Source: Felis catus (Eukaryota). From it: 64,000 bases of DNA. Made by a program: the position numbers and the translations under genes. Positions 53,418-64,000 of this stretch are shown here, one piece after another. The notes below the pieces were generated by a model that did not search any database, had not been told where the DNA came from, and worked only from the letters and a program-made list of their open reading frames with translations. The stretch is taken from positions 42,348,001-42,412,000 of the forward strand of contig NC_058368.1 in assembly GCF_018350175.1 (NCBI RefSeq), given 5' to 3'. The first letter of the stretch is position 1, and every line of letters begins with the position of its first letter.

Positions 53418-54529
53418 TTACTGTGTATGTGCCCATGATCCCAGGTTTACTGAGGATATAGCTCTATTTTTACATTTTTGTTTCAGTTATGAAGGAGAAC
53501 AGGATAAATCATAGTTAAGACATTTTTACTATTTTTGTATTTTTAGAACTTAAGTATATCCCAAATGTAAACTAATGACTGTTTTTAACAAGAATTGCAA
53601 AATTTTCAGGAATTTACTAAAATTATTGCCATGAACAGGCTATGAGCAATTAAAACTATAGTGCACATGAATTTGTGTATAGTGATAAGTAGGGGAAAAA
53701 ATGTTAAAAGCTTTTGCTGTGCACAGATAACAATTACAAATCCAGTAATCTCAGATTGACACTCCAGAAAGTACATACTAATCTAGAAGTAATGGTGTAG
53801 ATGCAGGAAAAGAACTACTTTGAACATCCACACATATATGGCTTGGCTGGACTCAAATACAAGTATTTGGACATAGATACATTTATATCTCTTCTTCTTT
53901 GGGAACAATCCAACTCTTTGCTGTTATTCTGCTTATTTATCTATTCTTTTATTTTACAAATTCACCTATCACTAACATGCAATGTGTTCTTATCTGTGTC
54001 CAGACAAGAATGTGTACAATTCTTTGGATATTGCCTGTGATAGACTATGGCTCACAAGTTAACTTAGCAAATATGGACTAATTACTAATTATGTGCAAAT
54101 TATGTTTGGAATAAGAAAAGTTACGTCAGGCAAATAACATCATCAAGAGTCTAAATGAACTTGCAATTCAGTTAGAAAGAGAGTCATAAATGGGTAAAAT
54201 AAAAATGATAGATTCACTTTGCATTTCAAAAGAAACATAAATAATATATTTGACACATAATAGCAAATGGAATGGCCAAATAATGAGTTACTAAATAAAA
54301 CACATTTTTCCATGAGATTCCCAAAAAGAACCAATAAACTAAGAGTCATCTTATCTCAGTAATGGCAAGTATATGTCCTCTCACTTGGCCCCTTGGATTG
54401 ATTGGGGGTGGGTTTCAGAACTGCTGTGTTCTTGAGCCATATTCATTTTTAGCTACAATGAGTACCCTGATTGGTTAGTACTGTGCCCATGGGTACAAGA
54501 GTGGGAGGGAGGGCACTCACAGCTGTATT

Positions 54530-55210
54530 TGCCATCCTTCTCCTAGACCCCTTGGTTTTTCTGATTCTCCACTCCTTGCACTAGTCTCTCCTTAACACCT
54601 CAATTCTCTCACATCCGTCACTTAGGTATTGCAATGCTCCCATTCTAGTCTCTCTGCCGTTAAACTCAATAATGAACCTTGATAATTAAATTTTCTGACA
54701 TTTAAATATGACAACGTCACCCCCTCCCCTAAATCAAAATCATTATAAAGTACGAACTTAATTTATCTGGCCAAATAAGAACATTCCTGATCTCATGACT
54801 TCATAAATACCTAGTCTCAGAACAACCATCATCACATGCCCTTCTTGTTCCTCACTTTTCCCTTAAGTAACGCTAAGCTAATTACAGCTCCTCGAACAGC
54901 CCCATTATTCACATCATTGTTTTCTCATACTTTTTTTTCCCTCTTCTTGAAATGCCTTCCCTCACAAAGTTCACATGAGACTTTTCTCCTCCTTTTGAAA
55001 ATGTCAGTTCAAATAGTTGTCTCTGAGGCCTTCCCAACATCTTCAGGCAGTAGCTCTTTTATTTTTACTATCTATGCATTTCCATTGTGATGTTTGCCTT
55101 TTACGGGTCTCCCACAAGACTATAAGCTCTTGAGGGAAGGCACTGTATTCTTTCACTGTTCCCAGGGCCTGAACATTACCCTGGCTATAAAGTCTTCAGT
55201 AAATGCTTAA
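54530..55210 (+). mobile_element. Degenerate L2 3' region
   Basis: Ends 'ctcccacaagactataagctcttgagggaaggcactgt...cccagggcctgaaca...cagtaaatgctt'. Confidence 0.65.
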
Positions 55211-55686
55211 GGAGAAGAATAACCTCAAGTGAGGGCAGACTGGGAAACGTTAGAAAAGAGATTATATAGGGATGATGTGGAAGGCAGAAAGGGAGCTACA
55301 AGAGATGCCTGGAGGGGACAGAGCAAAACTTCAGGGGTAGGAGAAGGGAATTCTAAACACACTCCAGAGGCAATGAACAAACTATTTTGCCCATATGACA
55401 GTTAACTGAGAGAGAAGAGTGCCTGGATAGGACGGTAAAGTGGATAAGGTAACTTTTACCTAATAATTTGCTGTATTAGACATACTCTCTCAGTCATTTA
55501 CAAAGAGTCCTTGAGCTATAAACAAATCTTCTGTAGTTGAGCAACTTAATGTTTTTTATAAATTTTCTGCAAACAAGCCTTTTATATTTTATATTTCAAA
55601 GTGTACATGTATCAAATTATAATTTTCTTTTTAGTCTATGTGTGTAGTGTATTTTTTTATATATATAAAAGTCAAGTACTGCTTAC

Positions 55687-55699
55687 CAGTAGCATCAAT
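55687..55699 (-). other. Candidate 13-nt microexon ATTGATGCTACTG, or the 3' end of a longer first exon
   Basis: Minus strand: ttgttgttgttttttctg-T11-cacag|ATTGATGCTACTG|gtaagc; long AG-free pyrimidine tract and a consensus donor. Confidence 0.45.
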
Positions 55700-57499
55700 C
55701 TGTGAAAAAAAAAAACAGAAAAAACAACAACAACAAGCTTTTGTTTGTGTGATATTCACTTATCCCAGTTTGACTATGCTGTATCATGTGTGACTAATGC
55801 CGATGCATCCAACCACCTGGCTTCTCCCCATCAGCCATTGACAAGCTGCAGTTAAATAGAAGCTGAAGTACATTGACAGACAAAATTATTTTTGGACTCA
55901 CTGTTCAAGTAAAGCTTTGTTGAATCCATAGCAACCCAAGCAATGTCCATATCTGTCTGGATTACTAAGAAGACAAAGCACGGGTCAGGAGGGTTGAACC
56001 CTTGAAAAAAATACCCCCACATGAGGAGATGAAATGCAGACATTCCCTTCTCCCCAAACTGTTTGCAAAGCAAAAAGAAAAATAAAGAACAGACTGTCCA
56101 TCAAGAAAGCAGCTGGAAAAATCAAAACAGTAAAATATGTAGTTGGCATATTGTTCTTACATACTAGCCAAATCCCCACAGGGAAAAATGCTATGTAGAT
56201 TTCAGTCAATAAACAAATATCTGAGAAGAGGTCAAATAAATCAATCCAGGCTGTTATGTCATATGCAGAATTGTGGGAATAGAATCATCATAATGACACC
56301 ACTAACAATGTGTTTGGTTTTGAATGGATTATGTATCTGTCATCTATTAATCTAAATCATAGGAGACTATGGAAAAAATTTATCTGGTGTATGAATGTTT
56401 GAATTTGAATATATAACATTTCTATCAGCTGTTAAAACACCAGTGAAAATAAGCATGAGAAAACTCAGGTAAGACCTAAGACAGTTGAAACTAAGCACAT
56501 ATTAAATGTGAATGCCTTCATTATACAAATATCTACATATTATAACTTGGCATTTCTATCCTCATTTTTTCTTTGTCTATGTGAAGTAAAAGAAACATAC
56601 TCCTTTTTCAAAATTTCAGTCTCCTTTTATATTTCTTGTCATTCAGGGTACAATTCATTGCTATGCTACCCCATACAGACCTAGCCGAGCTTCAAACTAG
56701 AGAAACAAAGTGACAAATGCTTATGTTATATTGTTACACTTTACAACTACTAGCAGACAAGCAAGACTATTTTGCTATATAAAAAGCTCTCTTTCCCAGA
56801 TTAAGTGGAATTCTGCAAGAACCATTCACAGCTGTAATGTCTCTCACCTAAAATAGTGCCTTAGTACCAGACACTCAATAAATATTTAATAAATGAATGT
56901 AACAGGAAAAACGGAATCATTAAATACTTCAGTGCATACTTACACATGACAAGTAGTATAGCTTTATTTTATTCAAGTGCCTTATAAAAGTTTTTGACAC
57001 TAGAAAAGTATCATTGAAATAAATTGCATATTTTTCCTCTTACACCTCTGGGTTTAAAAGTTTATATGTTACTATGAATATACCAAGGGATGAAGAGTGG
57101 CATTTTTTATACTGATTAGGACTTTATACAGATTTTATACTGATTTTCAAATGTAAGATATTTTGTTCTTTCTCTATACATATATGTTGAATTTTTGTTA
57201 ATATTCACCAGGTAGAAAGAAAAGAAAGTATTTATGAATTAATTAGTTTGTATGCATTAGGGCCTCAAATTGGAAAGTTTATTTTTTTCCTTTCATAAAA
57301 ATGCTCCATCTTCTAAGTGCTAAAATAACAAGGAGATGGTCTTTAATTATGAGCCTGATTCAGAGCCTAGGGAGACTGAGGTATTCACCCTAATCTCTAC
57401 CCCTCAATGGTGAAAAGTGTGTGAAATTACTTTGCTGCTTTTCTTCTCAGCCAGGAACTATGCACAGCTTCCACTAATACCTGTTTAGCTCAATCTGCT

Positions 57500-57980
57500 A
57501 CACTGAGCACTGTACCTACCCAAAATGTGATTTCTTTACTTTCTTTCACGAAACAGTATCTTACATTCCAGTGTTCAGTCACATTTAATACAGATGAATC
57601 TTTCTAGCAGTTCAACGCCCTTAGCTCTTTTAACAACAAGGAGGCAGAATTTTCTGAGATATTCTCTAAATTTTAAACCCTGGTGTTCTATCCATTAGAA
57701 ATAGAAAAGAGTATTGCTTGCCGATCAGACATCGGCTCCTCTCCTCTCCTAGGTTGAGGCTAGGCTCCTCTCCTAGGTTGTGGCTTCAAGAATGGGGGTG
57801 CAATTATCGTCGAAAGGGAAGCCGACTGTTTAAGATTGGCTGCTTCAGTGCCCTGATACTGACTGTGACAGGGTCTGCAGGTGTACAGAGCTTTACCTAT
57901 TGATACAAATTGAATCTGAAAATAGCAATTTATTCACCAAATCAAACCAATCACTGCGATGCAGTTTTCTCTTTCAGCTC
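57500..57980 (-). promoter_or_regulatory. Candidate promoter/first-exon block
   Basis: Two CCAAT boxes (about 57835 on -, about 57947 on +), local CpG cluster, and downstream donors AAT|gtaaga (57564) and TGG|gtaggt (57519). Confidence 0.3.
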
Positions 57981-59287
57981 TTATTTCCAACCAACCACTC
58001 TTAACCATTTTGAAACTTGTTTTACAGTAACATTTCTGTGTCAGGAAGAGGCTTGGCGAAGCTCTCCTGGAAAGCCTTACTAGCCTTTATTTTAGAAAAC
58101 AATTTGTTTATAGTCACACTATTTAATCTAGGCAAAAATGATCAACATCTGTTTCAAATTAGTACCCCAGACCTACCCTCCTTTTTCTCTTCCCCACCAA
58201 CTGTCATTTGCCTTCCTTCACCCATAAAAAAGCAATCACATTAGCATCCTTTGTAACACAATTTCAAAACTTCAGAGACATACCCGAAATTCTACAGTAA
58301 AACTGCATCTTCTATATTCCAACACAATCAACTTCCAGGAAATAGGAAAGCAAATAAAGACATATTTGAAGTGAATCTTTTTGTTTTAAGAGTTACTTGA
58401 AGTGACACCTAATAGCTAAGTCAAGAATTTGAACCAAGTAAATGAAAGATAGTTTGGCTAAAGGGAAGCAAACAGAACAAAGAACTCTCAATTTGGATCA
58501 AGGAGTGGACAACTAAATGGACTCTTTCAAAGTTCTGAATCAACACATAACCCTGGCATTTGGCCAGCCTTTGCAAAGCTCCTGGATGGAGAAGCTCACA
58601 GTGGCTAACCATAGGTTGTTGTCAAGGCTACAAGCAACCAACAGGAAAAAAAACAACAACAAAAAAAAACTAATTTAAGAAAAAGGCAGTTGGGAAACAC
58701 TTAAAAGAAAAACAAGTTGGACTGGAAAGAATGCATATTTAAATGTAATTTTTAGGCAAATACAGAGTCTGTCAGAAAGGATATAAACCAAGAAAATAAA
58801 TTATATCTATACAAAACCACACTGTATTTCAAGGACGTCCCATGTTATAAGATATTCTATCTGGAGGTGAAAAGAAAAAGCAAGAGAAAGATGAAAAGGA
58901 AGAGAATGGTAGTAACTCTGGCTGCCATAATTATTTTCTATGCCCAGGCACCTCAGAAAAGCAAGACCTGCATGCAACTGTTAGCCCATGTATTAGGCTA
59001 AATTCTGTCATTAGAAAACCAACAGAAACTTATTTTTCTTATTTTACCTTTAAATGGGTGTATTTTAATGTAAAGGGATAAGAAATTACTGACCATATTA
59101 GACCAAGAGATATAGAACTTTACAATCTCATACAAACTTAAGTTGACTTTAGCAAAGATTGACCAGTGATTGACTAGTGATTAATCACTAAAGAGCAAAA
59201 ATTTGAATCATAATAGTGCAAACTACCATAATACTCAATGGCCATTGGTCATAGTTTCTGTATCCAGGAGTAGAGCATTCTATTGGC

Positions 59288-60300
59288 AATGGTGCATGGA
59301 GCTGTTAAAACTTGTTAAAATTTTCAGGAATTGTTTAAGCCAGTTAATAAACAATCATTAGTAAAAATTAATGCATATGAACTTATAATTTAATAAATTA
59401 TATTCAAATTGTTGTTTTGGGGCACCTGAGTGGCTCAGTCGGTTGAAGGTCTGACTTTGGCTTAGGTCATGAACTCGTGGTTTGTGGGTTCAAGCCCCAC
59501 ATTGGGCTCTGTGCTGACAGCTCAGAGCCTGGAGCCTGCTTAGGATTCTGTGTCTCCCTCTGTCTCTGCCCCTCACCGACTTGTGCTCGCTCTCTCTCTC
59601 TTTTTCTCAAAAATAACATTTAAAAAATTATAATAAATAAATAGCTGTTTTACTTTCACTATCAACTATGCTCTTGAGGTTTTTCCTTCTATTGTAACTT
59701 CATGGTGGAAACAGTCTATAATGGTGTGCTATGTGCAATCCTTTTCAACTCAACTCTATGTTCTGTAATATCATGTTGGTACCTTGAAATGGACTGTGGT
59801 GGAAAGACTTACACCATAGAAATTGGCAAACACCACATATGAGGGCTTGATTTATTGCTTTGTTGATTAGACTCAAGAGAGTGATGGAAAAATGTTAATA
59901 ATACAGAATAAACTATAGCAGTCACATTGAAAACAAGATAAAAATACTGATGAAATATTCTTCCACTGTTTAAAACCTATTATCAGATTACACAAATAAG
60001 TTCTTACATTTTTGATGAATGGGTGAAGTTCTGAAATATGTCTTACTTCTGTTTTACTTCTGCTTTATTTATGAATGTAAATGAAAATATCAACCAACAT
60101 GCATGTCAAAATAATACTCATTTGTCATTTACCACCAATTAATGAAAATATTCTGTAAGAATCAATTGGTTATATGGAATTTATCATGAGTATGTTATTA
60201 TTTATAAATTGTGAGCTACACATTCTTTATATCAGTAAAATGTACAATTAACATATGCGTGTCAGTGTGAAACTATGTATGCATACACATGCTAGAGAAG
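59288..60300 (+). mobile_element. MER63-like hAT-Blackjack DNA transposon interrupted by a SINE
   Basis: 'ttgttaaaattttcaggaattg...', 'ctatgctcttgaggtt...atggtggaaa...tataatggtgtgcta', 'gaaattggcaaac...gggcttgatttattg'. Confidence 0.75.
59419..59638 (+). mobile_element. Can-SINE nested in the MER63-like element
   Basis: SINE body; degenerate TSD aaattgttgtttt/aaatagctgtttt. Confidence 0.95.
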
Positions 60301-60569
60301 AAGAATCTATTGCTTGTGGTGCTGTATTCTAATATTTTTCTTCTAAATGGATGAGAGAAAATGGCTTAGTATGTTTTATCTTAACTCTCCTATGAAAAGC
60401 TAGGCCATCTGTTATAGGTCCTTATCTGATACTAGACAAATGTAATAAAACAGCAAAATCAAATCATTTCAAATATAATTAATGGAGTATCCAAAAAAAT
60501 TAAAGTGAATGTTTCCTTATTCTTCCTTAAGTATTCAAAACTCTCCATTGCTATTGAGGGGAAGCCCCT

Positions 60570-60575
<6 letters not shown>

Positions 60576-60614
<39 letters not shown>

Positions 60615-60781
60615 TTTTTTTTTCAATATATGAAATTTATTGTCAAATTGGTTTCCATACAACACCCAGTGCTCATCCCAAAAGGTGCCCTCCTCAATAC
60701 CCATCACCCACCCTCCCCTCCCTCCCACCCCCCCATCAACCCTCAGTTTGTTCTCAGTTTTTAACAGTCTCTTATGCTTTG
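60576..60781 (-). mobile_element. Very short felid L1 3' end with a (TAAA)n tail
   Basis: Reverse L1 3' UTR ('tgtcaaattggtttccatacaacacccagtgctcatccc'); perfect TSD GGGGAAGCCCCTTTATTT at 60558-60575 and 60782-60799. Confidence 0.96.
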
Positions 60782-61029
60782 GGGGAAGCCCCTTTATTTT
60801 ACGTTTTTCTCCCCAGACTATAGGGGCACATGCAGAAATATATAATAATGATTTTGCCATTGGTCTCAAAATTAACTAAATTATTCTCTCTGAAAGAAAT
60901 GCTTTGAAGCATGAACTTAATATTGATTTACCTAATTTCCATTTGTTGAATGTCCACTATACGTTAAGTTGAAAGCAATTCCATTTCTGAAACAGTAGAT
61001 AAGAGTTACTAAGAGAAGGTGGGGGGGGT

Positions 61030-61192
61030 GTTTACAAAGGCTTGAAGGATCTTTTGTGGGTGGGGTGTTTGGAGATGTCTGCTACTTGGATGGCAGTGAT
61101 GATTTCACAGGTATATCCACATGTCAAAACCTATCAAGTTGCATTTTAAATATGTACATTTTATTCCCTGCAAATTTATCTCAATAAACCCA
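61030..61192 (+). mobile_element. Old L1 (L1ME/L1MD-like) 3' end
   Basis: 'gtgatgatttcacaggtatatccacatgtcaaaacctatcaagttgcattttaaatatgtacattttatt...tatctcaataaa'. Confidence 0.75.
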
Positions 61193-61219
61193 TTTGAAAG
61201 TTTATAAAGAAAGAATACT

Positions 61220-61710
61220 TTAACTATATATAAAACTATATAAATATATACAAATATAAAAATATATATAACTATATGCATATAAATATATATGTATACA
61301 TATTTATATGTATACATATTTATATATACATATTTATATATATATACATATTTATATGTATACATATAAATTTATATGTATATAAAGTTATATATATATT
61401 TATATGTATATAAATTTATATATATTTATATATAAATATATATTTATATATGTATATATATTTATATTTATATATAAATTTATATGTATATAAATTTTTT
61501 TACCTTTTTTATTGGCATAAATTCTGCCAATTTATATGTATATAAATTTATATAAATGTATGTAAATTTATATGTATATATATAACTATAACTTGTATAA
61601 TTATATATACATATATATGTATGTATATATACTATATAACCTATATCATAAAATTTAATACTATATAACACTATATAACACTACAGAATACATAGTATTA
61701 TACTATATGG
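61220..61710. repeat. Long AT-rich compound micro/minisatellite
   Basis: About 490 bp of nearly pure A/T with a recurring ~16-nt unit tatttatatgtataca. Confidence 0.9.
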
Positions 61711-64000
61711 TATTAGGGTTATCACTGTGTACCTGATTTTGTGCCTACTTTTTCTATATTTTATGATATATTCTTTTCAAAAAGTAACCAACATGCAAAT
61801 TATTCTATATTTTTAAGCAAGTAAAACACTATATATGTGGAATAAATTCATTTTTAAAATGTGCAACTTGGAGAAAAAAATAAAGATATTTAACTATTAA
61901 AAGGTAACCGGAGGCTTATGAGACTGCAATTTTTAAAACTTCCTCTCCTGTACTTGCATTCCAAATGTTTTTCTTCTAAATATTTTATTAATATGTGTTA
62001 CTTCTCTACATGGAAAATACGTTATTTAAATATCTCCTTCACTGCATACACAGTGACTCCTTAGGATAAATGACACCTTAATTTTAATGGATTACTTACA
62101 AATTTAAATGAGGACTAGAGATATCTTGGCATCTTCAAAGAACTTTATTCTTTCTTAACTTAAGCTAGACTACTAGAGTTGAATCATATCAGAAAGATAA
62201 TTCTGGCCAAATCATGTTGGCTTAAAATCAAATTAAATTCTAAAAATGGCTTATATGAACTCTGTAATTTTAAATAAATCTTAATATATTCCTATCAATT
62301 TCTTAATTTATTCAATAAGTATTTTGACTTAAACATTGATTATGCAAAAAATGAATCAGAAAAAAAATGATCTGCTGTCATGGAACCCATAATATCAAGG
62401 CAAGACAGATGGAATAATAATTTTGATAAAATACTTAAAAAGCTGTTGGAATCTTTTTTTATCAGAAAGGAAGAGCAGAAAGAAAGGGGGATGATATCAT
62501 CCTCAAATTTGTCCTTAGATGGGATTTATGTGTAAAAAGTTGTGCAAGGAAGCTTGAGAAAAATATAATGGTTTCTGAAAAAGAACGTTAATGTAATCTT
62601 TTGCCACTTTCCCCTCTAATTATCTAGTTCTTAAAAATATCCCACGTAGACTTACATGGAAGTCTCTCCCCAATCATGGAGAATTATCTATCTTTTTTCA
62701 ATATTTGCTGTTTTCCCATCACTTCTAAAATAGCTCCTTAGTGGTTAACCTTTTCATTCGAAAGCTAATACATCCCTGTGTTCCCTAGAAAGCAGCTTCC
62801 TTTATTGGCATAATTCCCTGCATGTTTTAAGAGCCCTGACTGAGTTGTTTGCCTTTTAGTTTGCAATGTGCTTTTGAATGATCAATATGCATTACGGTAC
62901 TATGCTTATTCATCATTTCTTCCAACCAGGAAAATGCATCAAAATTCTGCCAAGAACATTTAAACATAAATAATAATACTAACCTCTTGCAACCTCTCAT
63001 TACTCTCCATTTTTCAACTCCCAAACTCTAAGCATTTTACTTTTTTTATTATTATCTTTGCATTCTTTCCAGGTAAATTCCTCAATTTAACAAATAATGT
63101 TTGGGAAAAAAAGTCAGAACCTTTTATCTTCTTGTCAAAAGCATGGTAAAAATTAGCAGAGGCCTTGGGACACCCACAACTTTGCAGGTTTAGAAACAGT
63201 CAGTGATCCCCTTATCAGAAACAGATTACATTTTATCATGCATGAGTAAAAGAAGAATGTCCCAGGCATATCCTGCTCTGGAGCTATAGCTTTAGACCAA
63301 CAAGAAAACATTCTCCATAGGTGCAAATGGGCAAAGGTGGAAGATGATAATTGTTCTAGTATTCAGAATGCTCACAAGAGTCTCTAGACCTAACACTCGT
63401 TCCTTCACCTGAGGTTGAGGATACTTCTGCCAAAATTCAGGTGCTTTCCACTGACCCTATTCTTCATGAAAAGAACAGTATGTTCCTTACACCTCCTTAG
63501 AGTTTTCATTCCAAAGGCTAAGGGTCTGTTGCTCCATATATTAAAGTTTACCTTCACTCTTCTTTCATTGTTGATTAAAGGTATTACCTTACCACTTAGA
63601 AGGCAAAATTTAAAGTTTTGGGCAATAAAGTAAAAAGTAGCAGGTATAAGAAGACCTAAAAATCCACAACTCCTAAAGTAAGCTTGCTTATTAGTATTTT
63701 AAACTAGTCATTCACAATAATCCATTCAAAGTCCTAGTAACACTGATACTGGAAACTGAGAATAATTAACCCTTTAATTATACACTATGGTTTCACGAGT
63801 GACATTTTGAGAGTAAAATAAAGAAAAAAATTACTGCTTCAAACTAACTTCGTATTCAAAGCATAAGTGAGTGAAAAAAAATGGAACCATTTATGGAAAG
63901 CTTTGAGAGAGCTATAATGTTGCCTCATTTTTTCCAGCCATAAAGTACTTTGAAAGCATGTGTTAAGGAAAGAACCAATAACGAAACCACAGAGTAATCT

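Noticed and set aside
4391..57980. Naming the host gene
   Set aside because: No candidate exon or peptide matched anything I recognise with confidence; a database search is required.
7552..59638. Recurrent ~200-bp repeats as a CRISPR-like array or new repeat system
   Set aside because: Dispersed, in both orientations and each with its own TSD: ordinary Can-SINEs in a eukaryotic genome.

Overview
AT-rich, CpG-poor mammalian genomic DNA, almost certainly from a cat-family species (Felidae). It carries 18 carnivore tRNA-derived SINEs (Can-SINE/SINEC, several of the young felid type with perfect target-site duplications, TSDs) and felid-type L1 3' ends. Older elements include L1M, L2, CR1/L3, MIR, hAT DNA transposons (MER3, MER5, MER63-like) and probable LTR relics, plus many microsatellites. 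No protein-coding gene, rRNA, true tRNA gene or CRISPR array could be supported, and the supplied ORFs look like repeat-derived or chance ORFs. The window is most consistent with the interior or 5' leader of a very large gene transcribed on the minus strand: most L1 fragments lie on + (antisense to it) and most of the good splice signals lie on -. The main candidates are a 180-nt exon (4391-4570) below a dense transcription-factor motif cluster, a 13-nt microexon with very strong splice sites (55687-55699), several weaker exons, AG|GT recursive-splice-like sites, and a CCAAT-containing promoter-like block near 57.5-58 kb. I could not identify the host gene and found no clear new biological system. 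All exon and regulatory calls are motif-based hypotheses, and repeat family names come from remembered consensus sequences with approximate boundaries.
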